From: Candidatus Latescibacterota bacterium
Lineage (GTDB): Bacteria; Latescibacterota; UBA2968
Direction of reading: 5' to 3'
DNA length: 64,000 nt
NCBI GenBank assembly: GCA_965204745.1
Contig: OZ242010.1
Span: forward strand, 4,832,001-4,896,000
Part shown: positions 55,901 to 64,000 of the stretch, one piece after another
How the letters are laid out: the number at the start of each line of letters is the position of its first letter
How positions within the stretch are numbered: position 1 is the first letter of the stretch
Made by a program: the position numbers and the translations under genes
Notes under the pieces: model-generated
Told to the model about the DNA's origin: nothing
Seen by the model: only the letters and a program-made list of their open reading frames with translations
The model's database searches: none

Positions 55901-56217
55901 TTGAAAAAAAAATAGCTTATTAAATACAGAACGCCAAAGATCGATAACGGGAGCGACGAATGGTTATCTGCGAGACGACGAAAAAATGTCCACGGCTCGT
56001 TGTATAAACTCAGCACAAAACACCCCAAACCCGCCAAAAACACAAGCCAAGAAACGTACCATAAGAGGCCGAATAATCCAGCAATGTATAAAACGGACAT
56101 CAGCGACATTACGGTAATAAATGGGATTTGGAAATATGGGACAGACAGCCATTTTTTTGTCAGTATCATTAACCCATATAGGCTGGCCAAAAACAATAAC
56201 AAATAGATGAACTGCAC
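52972..56217 (-). CDS. Polytopic membrane protein (GT-C-like) fused to two Cys-containing repeat domains and two FN3 domains
   Basis: About 12-13 TM segments with WDE(W) and DYP luminal motifs, LASFNRYL; repeats S.FDVY...Y.K.PC...DTE.HF.L...F...G..FD.KC...LP...I.TGQ x2; GLTNGTEYTFQVR / GLTNDSPYIFTMRAVN; low GC; GTG start chosen. Confidence 0.75.
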   Translation of the reverse strand: MQFIYLLLFLASLYGLMILTKKWLSVPYFQIPFITVMSLMSVLYIAGLFGLLWYVSWLVFLAGLGCFVLSLYNEPWTFFRRLADNHSSLPLSIFGVLYLISYFFFKNTYFSVWDEWGWGITTKIITTHDSLIAGYNHIDGMDYPQITAILQYYFILFFSGGEMNEGTTIFAQTIIFSSAVPVFLFFRKYNILLLVLITCCFYCLFYLFVQPISWIYNDSLLGLCWGMSVILYLINRKQAKVGLIITSICLFSMVQVKPIGLVFAFSTIFIVAIDEAFFFEVRLPAKLKRLCLLIAVVLVSYASWSAFKSYSGVTHSSFVFSLEWIYDSLADPEDYQKTTAENFLDSLIYQHKDRYIGRFAHPSAFLDFSLSPLEWAIIFAIFMFLCCLIGNTSQKIQRSRHITLTICLIVVLSMYTCLLLLLYMTAFYEYEAVILASFNRYLGTVYVGIFLVLFFVCLQNKGLLFAFIVLIFLFTPISDLKSSVLDKGRGTKNLFYEQVDPVIETLKKDRESKTLVIAQGGNGYIHNIFRYRAFPARTGWLSVHPEGRDDWGMWQHHFSTEQFGQELREYDYLIVYNDTEFWEHYGDAVKQEKLKAVWALTNDKLAKVNIDTIGLAAAYPSIAAGEPIIRSDFDVYLDAGILSYIKEPCDVIDTEAHFFLDIIRGDENNLLDIIFFDENDLSDHRRQDRYDSTSFQFGKKGVRFDEKCIAQVQLPEAGLISIKTGQRAQNRSVAWEATYDFSIDGSLATLFGTIARNRPAIDSVFDVYRRKDKLVYLKGPCTPDDTEEHFYLHLIPADEDDLPANRKQYGFDNYDFVFQQYGMHFDGKCMASIPLPQYEIARIRTGQYIFDRQQRYISSWNEEAVIRVGSGPKRGVVTRIMSPPIPPRFQWVHRGNGEVALQWRIADSYRGTIEKHQYRYSTDQGTTWSKWTDIAGAGNEEVGRLFHYLVTGLTNGTEYTFQVRVENHAGTSGPVSESVTPKAVPKMVRNFAVSAGNGQVTLTWANPNDTTITKYRYDMRHPRFGGWMGARDIPDSNAALMSYTVTGLTNDSPYIFTMRAVNNLGPGPQTRRTSVIPTASK

Positions 56218-56350
56218 GGTTGGGCCTTTCTGCGTGAGAAGTGGAGGAAAACTTAGGAGTAGGATTTCAAAATTACCAGTGTCGTAAAACAAAAAAAGAC
56301 GGTGCCACCAACCCGCCTGAAGAATCCACCGCTGTTGTGTTGTTGCTCAG

Positions 56351-57055
56351 TCACGGACTGGCCTGTTTCCGAAAGATGGCGACAAAACTCGTTCCGATCA
56401 GACTCGCCAACGGTTTTCCAACGCGGCGGAGGCGAAGGCGCAACGGCGGAAAGATCGCAAACATCTCGTCAAGTCCGAGTCCTGCCCGTTCCCCAGCGGC
56501 TTGCATCGCCAACGGAGCATGACCGATCAACGTGAACCAAGCCCGGCCGCGCAAGCGATTCAGGAGGCGCAAGGCCGCGGAAACGATCCGGTGAACGAGT
56601 GCCGTTCTGTTGCCCCAAACAATCACCAACCGGCCAGATGGACGCAACACACGCGCAACCTCGTGCAACATGCGTTCGACGGCCCCCAACTCGTACTGCT
56701 GTGCGAACTCCACATTCAAGACCACATCCGCCATACCATCCGCCAGCGGCAGGTTGAACGCATCGCCGCGGGCCGCCTCGATACCGTTCTGTCTGGCTTG
56801 CCAACACGCCGCCGCGTTGAAGTCTATGCCGATAACGCGGCACCCGGCTTTGGCTAAGGGTAGCGTGATCAACCCGGCGCCGCACGCAAGGTCCACAACC
56901 ACGCCCGGCTCATCGCCGACGGTCTCGAGCACGAGCATCCGTTCCCGAAAGAATGAGTACTCGGAAAGATATCCGGACGCCTTGGGATTGACCGTACCGA
57001 AATCGGCCTGTAGTCCATCATAGATCTCGTTCCCTCTCGTGTCGACGTGGGGCAT
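56351..57055 (-). CDS. Class I SAM-dependent methyltransferase
   Basis: VVDLACGAG, GIDFN, GDAFNLPL, EVARVLRPSGRL. Confidence 0.9.
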   Translation of the reverse strand: MPHVDTRGNEIYDGLQADFGTVNPKASGYLSEYSFFRERMLVLETVGDEPGVVVDLACGAGLITLPLAKAGCRVIGIDFNAAACWQARQNGIEAARGDAFNLPLADGMADVVLNVEFAQQYELGAVERMLHEVARVLRPSGRLVIVWGNRTALVHRIVSAALRLLNRLRGRAWFTLIGHAPLAMQAAGERAGLGLDEMFAIFPPLRLRLRRVGKPLASLIGTSFVAIFRKQASP

Positions 57056-57084
57056 GGTTCTCGTTCTCCCAGACTCTCGCGCAT

Positions 57085-57990
57085 TCAGTAGTCCGCCAAG
57101 TACCGGCACAACCGTGGCCCGAGACTGTCGGTCACGGGGTTCGGAAGCATGCGCCACAGCTTCTGCGCCAGCACGTATCGGCGATAGAGGTCGGTCGGCT
57201 TGTCGGAGAGCAACAATACGGGGATGGGGACAGCACCGAAACCGCGTTTGAACCGGTAGGCACCATCGCCGGTCGCCGATCTGCCGAAGTCGACCATGGC
57301 CGCACCCGCGTCCAAAGCGTGCTCGATCAATCCCCAAAAAAGCAGCTCGTTGGGGCGGTCGGTACTCCGTAGCGATCCCGACCAGGGAACCCCTGCAAGT
57401 AGGCCGTCCTTAAGCCAAAGCAAACTCGCCAGTGCCTCGCCGCCAGCGCGGCGAACCACCAGAATCCGGGCATGGGCCTCATTGACCAAGGTCTCGAACA
57501 ACGCCATCGGCATGAGCGGTGCCCCGTGCCTTGCGAGAGTGCCCGACAGCAACTTGAAGAACGCCGCCAGCGCGGCCGGCCCAGCCTCTTCGGAAACTCC
57601 AAGTCCGGCTTTTCGCGCCCGCCTCACCGCCGTGCGCTTCACGCCCTTCAGTGCCCGTTCCCAAACGGCCTCCCGGTCGTGGTTGAATGCCGCGAGATCG
57701 AGCCTGAGAACCGCAGGTGCTCCGGGCGGCAATTCTCCTTGCGGCGGCATCAGTGCGCGGATGTTAAATGACCGGCTCGCCATCTCCCGCGCAAGCCCTC
57801 GCGCTTCCGCAGCGTTCAGGTCGGTGTAGTTGAGACCCGGCAGATAGGCAAACGTCGGCGCGCCGAACAGCGATGGCACAACAGCGAACCGACCTTCCCT
57901 CCGCCATCGATAGACGTCGCAGAATACTTCCCGCCAAGTCGCGACGAAACCCGGGCTATGACCCGCGCTCAGGTGGTTATCCGCTTTCAT
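57085..57990 (-). CDS. FemAB-related GNAT-fold protein
   Basis: KRTAVRRARKAGL, RHGAP, NELLFWGLIEHA, DFGRS..G.GAYRFKRGFGA, LWRMLP; ATGA overlap. Confidence 0.85.
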   Translation of the reverse strand: MKADNHLSAGHSPGFVATWREVFCDVYRWRREGRFAVVPSLFGAPTFAYLPGLNYTDLNAAEARGLAREMASRSFNIRALMPPQGELPPGAPAVLRLDLAAFNHDREAVWERALKGVKRTAVRRARKAGLGVSEEAGPAALAAFFKLLSGTLARHGAPLMPMALFETLVNEAHARILVVRRAGGEALASLLWLKDGLLAGVPWSGSLRSTDRPNELLFWGLIEHALDAGAAMVDFGRSATGDGAYRFKRGFGAVPIPVLLLSDKPTDLYRRYVLAQKLWRMLPNPVTDSLGPRLCRYLADY

Positions 57991-58835
57991 CGGCCTTCTC
58001 CAGTCAGCAACTCGTGGCAGTGCGACAAGGTGACCCATTTATAGCCTCGCGCCCGCAGGCGTTCACCCAATGCCACCAAGTCGTCGAAGCCGCGTTGCCG
58101 CCGCCGCGCCGCCATGTAAGCACCCTTCAGCCACAGCGGCAGAGGCGATTTCCCAATTTGTCCGTCGCGCACCAAGTCCACCATGTGCATGTCATAGACC
58201 AGCAGTGCCGGCAACGCCGCGGCGAGATCGAGCAATGATTCGGCGAACCGCCCCATGAGTTGCCGATAGGACTGCGTGAACGGAATGCCAAAGGCGCGCC
58301 AACTCGCAACTGGATACTCTGCCAAAGCACCGTCGATAGCGAAATAGTCGCCGCGGCGAAACACCCTGCCCGGATGGTTGCCCAGGCCCATACCCGGCAG
58401 GATCGAAGAATCCCAAGCGAAGCCTTCCGCCACCAGTGCTTGAAAGAGCGCGTCAGTCAGACGGTAGGTGTGCGCCCTGTATCCGCGCGGCCGGGTGCCG
58501 GTGAACCTCTCGAAAGCGGCGATGCCCCGCTCGAGGCTTTCGGCCGAGTCGCCCGGATCGCTATGGTCATAACAATGGAGTTGCAAGTCGGCTCCTGCCT
58601 CTGCGAGGCAAACGCACAGGTCCGGACGCGACTCAAACAGCCGCCCTTCCACAAACGCGGTCAACGGCAAGCGCGCATGCCGAACAGCGTCAAGCAGATC
58701 GGGAAGCCGATCCAGTGCGTCGGTCCGGTCTCCGTTGTAGTCGTGTTCTACATCGATGGACAGAACGGCAATTTTTTGCGGCGACCACCGTGCTAGGACA
58801 GGAGTCACCGACGGATCAAACGCCGGACGATTCAT
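57987..58835 (-). CDS. Polysaccharide deacetylase (CE4/NodB-like)
   Basis: LSIDVEHD, LTAFVEG, QLHCYDH, PRGYRAH, GFAWDSS. Confidence 0.85.
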   Translation of the reverse strand: MNRPAFDPSVTPVLARWSPQKIAVLSIDVEHDYNGDRTDALDRLPDLLDAVRHARLPLTAFVEGRLFESRPDLCVCLAEAGADLQLHCYDHSDPGDSAESLERGIAAFERFTGTRPRGYRAHTYRLTDALFQALVAEGFAWDSSILPGMGLGNHPGRVFRRGDYFAIDGALAEYPVASWRAFGIPFTQSYRQLMGRFAESLLDLAAALPALLVYDMHMVDLVRDGQIGKSPLPLWLKGAYMAARRRQRGFDDLVALGERLRARGYKWVTLSHCHELLTGEGR

Positions 58836-59896
58836 CTCTTTTTCCCCTTGTGGCTATGGAGATGCGCGTTGCCGGCGCCATTATTGCCGAAATTGAGGGT
58901 TTTCCCCAATCTTGGATGCAATGGTTCTTTTGGAACCGCCATGATATCAACCGCCAAAAAATTGAGGACGAGAACGAACCCGATAATGACGGGCAAGGCC
59001 GCCAGCATGACCGTTCCCGCGCTCGCCGCGAGATCAATGACAATATGGTGGGACCATTGCCAAATCCCGAAGATCAAGCCGAAAAGCAACAGGGGAACAC
59101 CGGTTATCAGATAGATCGATCCAAAAGAAAAATCGCGCACAAAGTAGTTGTAGATCACCCGGCGAAAAAATCTCATCATATTGCGATAGAAGAACGGCGC
59201 AATCTCGCGGGCCGGCGACAGGCCACTCCGTTCCTCGCCATAGATTGCACGCATGGGAATATCCATGACGACAGCGCGAAGCAGACCGAGTTCGCAAAGC
59301 ATATCCGTCTCAAAGAAATAGCGCGGCTGTATTTTCCGTCGCGGCAGTTCGTCGAAAACTGCGCCGCTGATGGCAAGGTAGCCGTTCGTCGGGTCGAATA
59401 CGTTCCAGTAGCCACTCGCCAACTTGGTCAGAAAGGAAAGCATCCCGTTGCCGATAAGGCGCCCCCCGGGCATGTCCTTTGCGAATTGGTAAGTGTAGAA
59501 GCGGTTGCCCTTGGTGTAGTCGGCCTGCCCCGCCACGATGGGCGCCCCGAACTGCTCTACCAGTTCGGGGGCCATCTGCCCGTCGCCATCTATCTTGACG
59601 AGGATGTCGGCACCGGCTTCGCGTGCATGGGCCATCCCTTTGAGAACCGCGTGTCCGACGCCGGAGTTCTCGTTCTGGTAGAGCACGGTTATTCGAGGGT
59701 CCGTCACGTAGGCTTCGACATGCTTGCCAGTGCCCTGCGGACAAGCATCGTCGACAACGACGATCCGTGCGACTTCAGGCCCGATGCGGGCAAGCACCTC
59801 TTCGATATGGTCAATACAGCGATAGCACGGAACGATGACCGCGATATTCGCACCTTTAGCCATGGGCCGGTCTGTTGTGATGGGTGGGAATTTCAT
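58832..59896 (-). CDS. Glycosyltransferase family 2 (polyprenol-phosphate glycosyltransferase-like) with C-terminal TMs
   Basis: AVIVPCY, VVDDAC, KIDGDGQM.P, DYTKGNRF, DPTNGY, YFFETDML. Confidence 0.93.
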   Translation of the reverse strand: MKFPPITTDRPMAKGANIAVIVPCYRCIDHIEEVLARIGPEVARIVVVDDACPQGTGKHVEAYVTDPRITVLYQNENSGVGHAVLKGMAHAREAGADILVKIDGDGQMAPELVEQFGAPIVAGQADYTKGNRFYTYQFAKDMPGGRLIGNGMLSFLTKLASGYWNVFDPTNGYLAISGAVFDELPRRKIQPRYFFETDMLCELGLLRAVVMDIPMRAIYGEERSGLSPAREIAPFFYRNMMRFFRRVIYNYFVRDFSFGSIYLITGVPLLLFGLIFGIWQWSHHIVIDLAASAGTVMLAALPVIIGFVLVLNFLAVDIMAVPKEPLHPRLGKTLNFGNNGAGNAHLHSHKGKKR

Positions 59897-60004
59897 GATA
59901 GATTACCGAAAAAAAACACTCACTCTTAATCAGAATCGCTTAAGTTATCCAATGTCAACGCATTTAGCAAGCCCATTCTCTTTGACAACTGAAAGGAGCA
60001 CGCC

Positions 60005-61312
60005 ATGAGCAGAAGACCCAATTTTGTGGTGATTTTTTTGGACGATTCCGGATGGGCTGATTTTCGGCCCTTTGGGCAAACAGCGTATCCCACACCCCAT
60101 GTGGAAAATTTGGCCGCGGGGGGGTGTTGCCACCACCAGTTTTACGTGCCGCAGGCGATCTGTTCGGCGTCGCGGGCTTCGTTGCTGACTGGGTGTTATC
60201 CGGGCAGGCACAAGGTCTATGGCGCGATTCCGCCCCGGGCACGCGGGTTGGATCCCAGTTTTGCCACGATGGCCGAGGTGCTCAAGCCGGCCGGGTACGC
60301 CACGGGGGTGTTTGGCAAGTGGCATATTGGCGATCATCCGGACACGCGCCCGCCCGCTCGGGGGTTTGACGAGTCCTCGGGGTTGATGTATTCCAATGAC
60401 ATGTGGAAGTACCATCCGCAGAGCCGGCACTTTGACGACTGTGAATTGCAGTTTTGGAAAAATGGGGAAATCGCCATCGACGATGTGACGCCCGAACAGC
60501 AGAAGATGTTGACGACTTGGTACACCGAGCACGCGGTCGATTTTATCACACGCCACGCGGACGAGCCGTTTTTCCTGTACGTCCCCCACAATATGCCGCA
60601 TGTGCCCCTGTTTTGCAGCGATGCGTTTGAGGGCAAATCGGGTGTGGGCCTGTATGCCGATGTGATGATGGAAATAGATTGGTCCGTGGGGCAGATCACG
60701 GGCGCTTTGGAGAAAGCGGGCGTGGCAGATGATACGGTGGTGGTTTTTACGTCGGATAATGGCCCGTGGATTTCTTATGGCAATCACGCGGGCACGACCC
60801 CGTACCGCGAGGCCAAGGGCACGGGATTTGACGGGGGTACGAGATCCGCGTGTGTGACGCGCTATCCCAAAGGCATTCCCGCGGGCGAGACGTCGCATCG
60901 GGCGTTTTGCTCGGTGGATTTGTTGCCCACGTTTGCAAAACTGGCCGGGGCCGCGTTGCCCGATTATCCCATCGATGGGGTTGATGTTTGGGATATTGTG
61001 ACGTGCCAGCCGCACGCGACAAATCCGCATGCGTATTATCCCGTGTCAACTGCGCGAAATTTCGATGGGGTGGTCAGCGGCGATGGCAAGTGGAAACTGC
61101 ATTTGCCCCACGATTACCGCACGCTTGTAGAGGCCGGCAACGACGGGCAGCCCGGGCGATATGAGACCGCGCACATCGAGTTGTCGCTGTTCGACATGGA
61201 GAACGATCCCTACGAGACGACCAATGTGATCGACGACTACCCCGAAGTGGCGCGCAAACTTCAAACACTCGCGGAACGGCATCGGGACAAGTGGTGGGTG
61301 GAAAAACAGTAA
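60005..61312 (+). CDS. Arylsulfatase-like sulfatase (Cys-type formylglycine)
   Basis: PNFVVIFLDD, CSASRASLLTG, FGKWH, FTSDNGP; AAGGAG SD; no signal peptide. Confidence 0.95.
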   Translation: MSRRPNFVVIFLDDSGWADFRPFGQTAYPTPHVENLAAGGCCHHQFYVPQAICSASRASLLTGCYPGRHKVYGAIPPRARGLDPSFATMAEVLKPAGYATGVFGKWHIGDHPDTRPPARGFDESSGLMYSNDMWKYHPQSRHFDDCELQFWKNGEIAIDDVTPEQQKMLTTWYTEHAVDFITRHADEPFFLYVPHNMPHVPLFCSDAFEGKSGVGLYADVMMEIDWSVGQITGALEKAGVADDTVVVFTSDNGPWISYGNHAGTTPYREAKGTGFDGGTRSACVTRYPKGIPAGETSHRAFCSVDLLPTFAKLAGAALPDYPIDGVDVWDIVTCQPHATNPHAYYPVSTARNFDGVVSGDGKWKLHLPHDYRTLVEAGNDGQPGRYETAHIELSLFDMENDPYETTNVIDDYPEVARKLQTLAERHRDKWWVEKQ

Positions 61313-61318
61313 GCGGCG

Positions 61319-61993
61319 TCACTCGGGGCGCGGCATTTGGACCACCGCGTACCAATCCCGGCCAAAATCCCGAAGTTCGTACAACCCGGCAAATCCGCTT
61401 GCGATCAGGGCGTCTTCAACCTCGCGTTTGGCGTATAACCACAGAGGGCAACCGCGCAGGCGGTATCGGACGCGGCGTTGCCGGGCCAAAAATCCGTTTG
61501 ACTTTGGAAAACTCGCGTAAAACGCGCCCGTGACTTCTGTGGTCAATTTTTTTAGGACCGGGACCGGGTCTTCCACATAATCGAAAAATCCCATCAAACA
61601 CGCCGCGTCAAATGTCCTGTCAAAACGCACGGACAGATAGTCGCCCAAGACGAGTTCCACGCGGGGCCCCACGCCGAGAGACGCGATGTGGTCTCGCGCA
61701 ATCTCGATCATCCCGGCTGCGAGATCGATTCCCACCACCTCTTTGCCCTGCCGCGCAAACGCGACCGCGTAGCGCCCCGATCCACATCCCACATCCAAGA
61801 CCGAGCAAATCGCCGGGTTTTGCGCTTGCCGCAGGGTTTCCTCAAAGCGGCGCGCCATCACCTGTCGAAACGCGCGGTCGATCCATCTGCCGAATGCACG
61901 CCTGCGCTTTGTATGCCCGTAGATCGCGTCGAAATCTGCGGCATACGCGTCGAAAAATTGCCCGACTGCTCGCGTGGCTTCCCGCGCTTTCAT
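61319..61993 (-). CDS. Class I SAM-dependent methyltransferase
   Basis: VLDVGCGSG, GIDLA..M, MGFFDY; ATGA overlap with the GT4 gene. Confidence 0.9.
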   Translation of the reverse strand: MKAREATRAVGQFFDAYAADFDAIYGHTKRRRAFGRWIDRAFRQVMARRFEETLRQAQNPAICSVLDVGCGSGRYAVAFARQGKEVVGIDLAAGMIEIARDHIASLGVGPRVELVLGDYLSVRFDRTFDAACLMGFFDYVEDPVPVLKKLTTEVTGAFYASFPKSNGFLARQRRVRYRLRGCPLWLYAKREVEDALIASGFAGLYELRDFGRDWYAVVQMPRPE

Positions 61994-63138
61994 CTCGCGA
62001 TTTCCCTTCGGTAAATGGCGTCCAATTCCCGCACCATCGCGCGGTGATCCCAGCGCGCGATGGCGTGTTCGTATGCGCGGTTGCCAAACGCCCCCCTCAT
62101 CTCGGCATCGCAGAGCAACAGTTCCAAACGCTCGGCCATGCCTGCGATATCGCCTTGGGGTACGACAAAACCCGACTGCCCATCGGTGGCGATTTCCCTG
62201 ATGCCTTCCACCTCAAACGACACGGTGGGCAAGCGCGCTAAGGACGCTTCCACTGCAACGCCGGGCAAGCCCTCGCGCAAAGAGGACGAGAGGTGGACGG
62301 ACGCTATCGCATAAGCCGGCGCGACATCGCGCAAAAAGCCCGCAAAAATGACCCGATCCGCAACGCCCAATTCCCGACAGAGCCGCTCGCACGCAGCGCG
62401 CTCGTCGCCTTCGCCCACCAACAACAAGCGGGCATGGGAGGTTCGCAATTTGGCAAATGCCGCGATGGCATAGCGTTGCGCTTTGGCCCGCGAGAAGCGC
62501 CCGATATTGACCAGCACGGGCGCGCGTTGGGGGATGCCCAGTTCGCGGCGAAAGGCGTCTCGTTGCACTTCGCGCAACCGCCGTTCAAAATCCGCCACGT
62601 CGATGCCGCTGTACACGACCCGTTGCGGAATGCCGCGCCCGATTTTTTGTCGGCGATAATGCCGAAGCGCGTCTCGGCCCACCGCGATGATCAAATCGCA
62701 AGCCCATATCGTCGTTTTTTCCAGCGCGATGTAGAACTGCCGTTGCAGGCGGGTGCCCGGTTCGTTAAACACCACGCCGTGAAGCCCGTAGATGACCCGC
62801 TTGCAACCGGCCCATCGCGCGGCGAGGCGGCCCAACAGGCTCGCTTTGCTTTCGTGCGTGTGAACCAAGTCGAATCGCTCGCGGCGAATCAAGCGCACAA
62901 ACCACAGCAACGCACGCCAATCGCGCCACGGGCGGATTTCCCGATCCAAATGCGGGCAGATATGCGCGGAAACCCCCGGCAATTTGAGGAGATCGCCCCG
63001 CTCGATTTGCCGCCCGACCGCGAGGTGAATCTCGTAATCCCTCCGCATGGCTTTCATCGAAAGATACACATTGCGATCCGCGCCACCGCCGGGCGCGAGC
63101 CACGTCATGGTGTGGAGTATTTTGGGTCGTCGGGTCAT
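61990..63138 (-). CDS. Glycosyltransferase family 4
   Basis: GGAD, DLVHTHESKA, IGRFSRAKAQ, SLREGLP.VAVEA, EIATDGQSG; exact start uncertain. Confidence 0.92.
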   Translation of the reverse strand: MTRRPKILHTMTWLAPGGGADRNVYLSMKAMRRDYEIHLAVGRQIERGDLLKLPGVSAHICPHLDREIRPWRDWRALLWFVRLIRRERFDLVHTHESKASLLGRLAARWAGCKRVIYGLHGVVFNEPGTRLQRQFYIALEKTTIWACDLIIAVGRDALRHYRRQKIGRGIPQRVVYSGIDVADFERRLREVQRDAFRRELGIPQRAPVLVNIGRFSRAKAQRYAIAAFAKLRTSHARLLLVGEGDERAACERLCRELGVADRVIFAGFLRDVAPAYAIASVHLSSSLREGLPGVAVEASLARLPTVSFEVEGIREIATDGQSGFVVPQGDIAGMAERLELLLCDAEMRGAFGNRAYEHAIARWDHRAMVRELDAIYRREIAR

Positions 63139-63167
63139 AACCAAGGGGGCGGACATTTCTCGCTGAT

Positions 63168-63253
63168 TCGCCACAAAAGGCACAAAATCACAAAAGGGTA
63201 CTTTGAATTAGCTGTCGCCAGTTGTACACCGAAGCTTTTTGTGGCTTCCTGTG
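63168..63253. repeat. Degenerate 9-mer repeat pair in inverted arrangement
   Basis: GCCACAAAAGGCACAAAATCACAAAAG ... CTTTTTGTGGC. Confidence 0.65.
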
Positions 63254-63330
63254 AACGGCAACAAAAACCGGCGTTCACACGGCCCGATGGGCAACGCAAA
63301 CGCCGGAAAACAAAAAAGAGAAAGCGGGCA

Positions 63331-64000
63331 TCAGGATTCGTAGTATTCGATGATGCGCCGCAAGGTGCTGTCCAAACTGATTTTGGGGTCGTAGCCCGTG
63401 ATGTTTTTGATTTTGGTCAAATCGGGGATGCGGTAGTTGAGGTCTTCGTAGGACCCTTTTGCAAATGCTTTGTCGTAAGGCACAAATTCGATGGGCGAGT
63501 CGCTTTCGGTCAGTTCCTTGATTTTTTCCGCGAGGTTCCGAATGCAAATCTCATTGGTCTCGTGATTCCCGCCCAAGTTGAAAATCTCGCCCGGCGCATG
63601 GTCGTGTTCCATCAATGCCGTCAGCCCGTCTAAGGCGTCTTCGATATCGGTGAAGCACCGCCGTTGCTCGCCATCGTTATAGACCGTGATGGGATGCCCC
63701 AACAATGCCTGCTTGACGAAGCGCGGCACCACCATGCCGTATTCCGCACTTTGCCGAGGGCCGATGACATTGAAAAAGCGCACCATGATCACGGGCAACT
63801 TTTTTTCTCGCCAATAGGCCAAGCCGAGCATTTCGCCGACCGCTTTGGACGTGGAGTAAATCCAGCGCGTGACCGTGGTTGGGCCCAGCAAGCGGTCGTC
63901 GTCTTCGCTGAAGGTCGCGGACCCGTTTTTCTTGCCCGCGACTTCGGAGGTGGAGGCCAACAACACCCGTTTCTTTTCCTTATTCGCCAATTCCAACAGG
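63331..64000 (-). CDS. NAD-dependent epimerase/dehydratase (nucleotide-sugar), 3' part; runs off window end
   Basis: LASTSEV, RWIYSTSK (YxxxK), RFFNVIGPRQ..YGMVVPRF, GEQRRCF, EIFNLG. Confidence 0.92.
   Translation of the reverse strand, partial: LLELANKEKKRVLLASTSEVAGKKNGSATFSEDDDRLLGPTTVTRWIYSTSKAVGEMLGLAYWREKKLPVIMVRFFNVIGPRQSAEYGMVVPRFVKQALLGHPITVYNDGEQRRCFTDIEDALDGLTALMEHDHAPGEIFNLGGNHETNEICIRNLAEKIKELTESDSPIEFVPYDKAFAKGSYEDLNYRIPDLTKIKNITGYDPKISLDSTLRRIIEYYES

Noticed and set aside
1-64000. tRNA, rRNA, tmRNA or SRP RNA genes
   Set aside because: No cloverleaf/TPsiC or rRNA-conserved motifs were recognised by eye in the intergenic regions; a covariance-model scan would be needed to exclude them fully.

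Overview
Bacterial chromosomal window of mostly high-GC coding sequence. The gene repertoire includes many Gfo/Idh/MocA and Zn dehydrogenases, a sulfatase, PhyH, and giant FN3/cadherin-like/LRR surface proteins with a C-terminal 'DF(D/S)GDGxVxFxDFLxF...YDL' dockerin-like tag. This resembles sponge-associated Latescibacterota/Gemmatimonadota-type symbionts (inference, not verified). Housekeeping or metabolic genes: larE (partial), a circularly permuted ATP-grasp ligase, sixA, ltaE, a PAC2-family gene, type-2 ileS, class I fumarase, and a surface-glycan modification cluster at 51-64 kb. Defence-like genes: BrnT/BrnA, an Rpn-like nuclease with an internal AGGAGG-ATG start, and a low-GC islet with a TM/PLD-like gene, a 3-TM gene and a stand-alone MAD3/MAD4-like ATPase-nuclease pair. 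The most notable structures are: (i) a 2970-aa four-module adhesin whose 66-bp LRR units have a near-invariant DNA scaffold and a hypervariable, re-used binding-face cassette; (ii) a 2042-aa surface protein with a C19 tract inside a translated leader, next to a second SD/ATG; (iii) several families of modular intergenic repeats (heptamer arrays, a G4 motif, REP-like hairpins, MITE-like palindromes, 9-mers). Three genes show single-base deletions in short homopolymers, which may be sequencing errors. No rRNA, tRNA, CRISPR array, integrase or reverse transcriptase was recognised.
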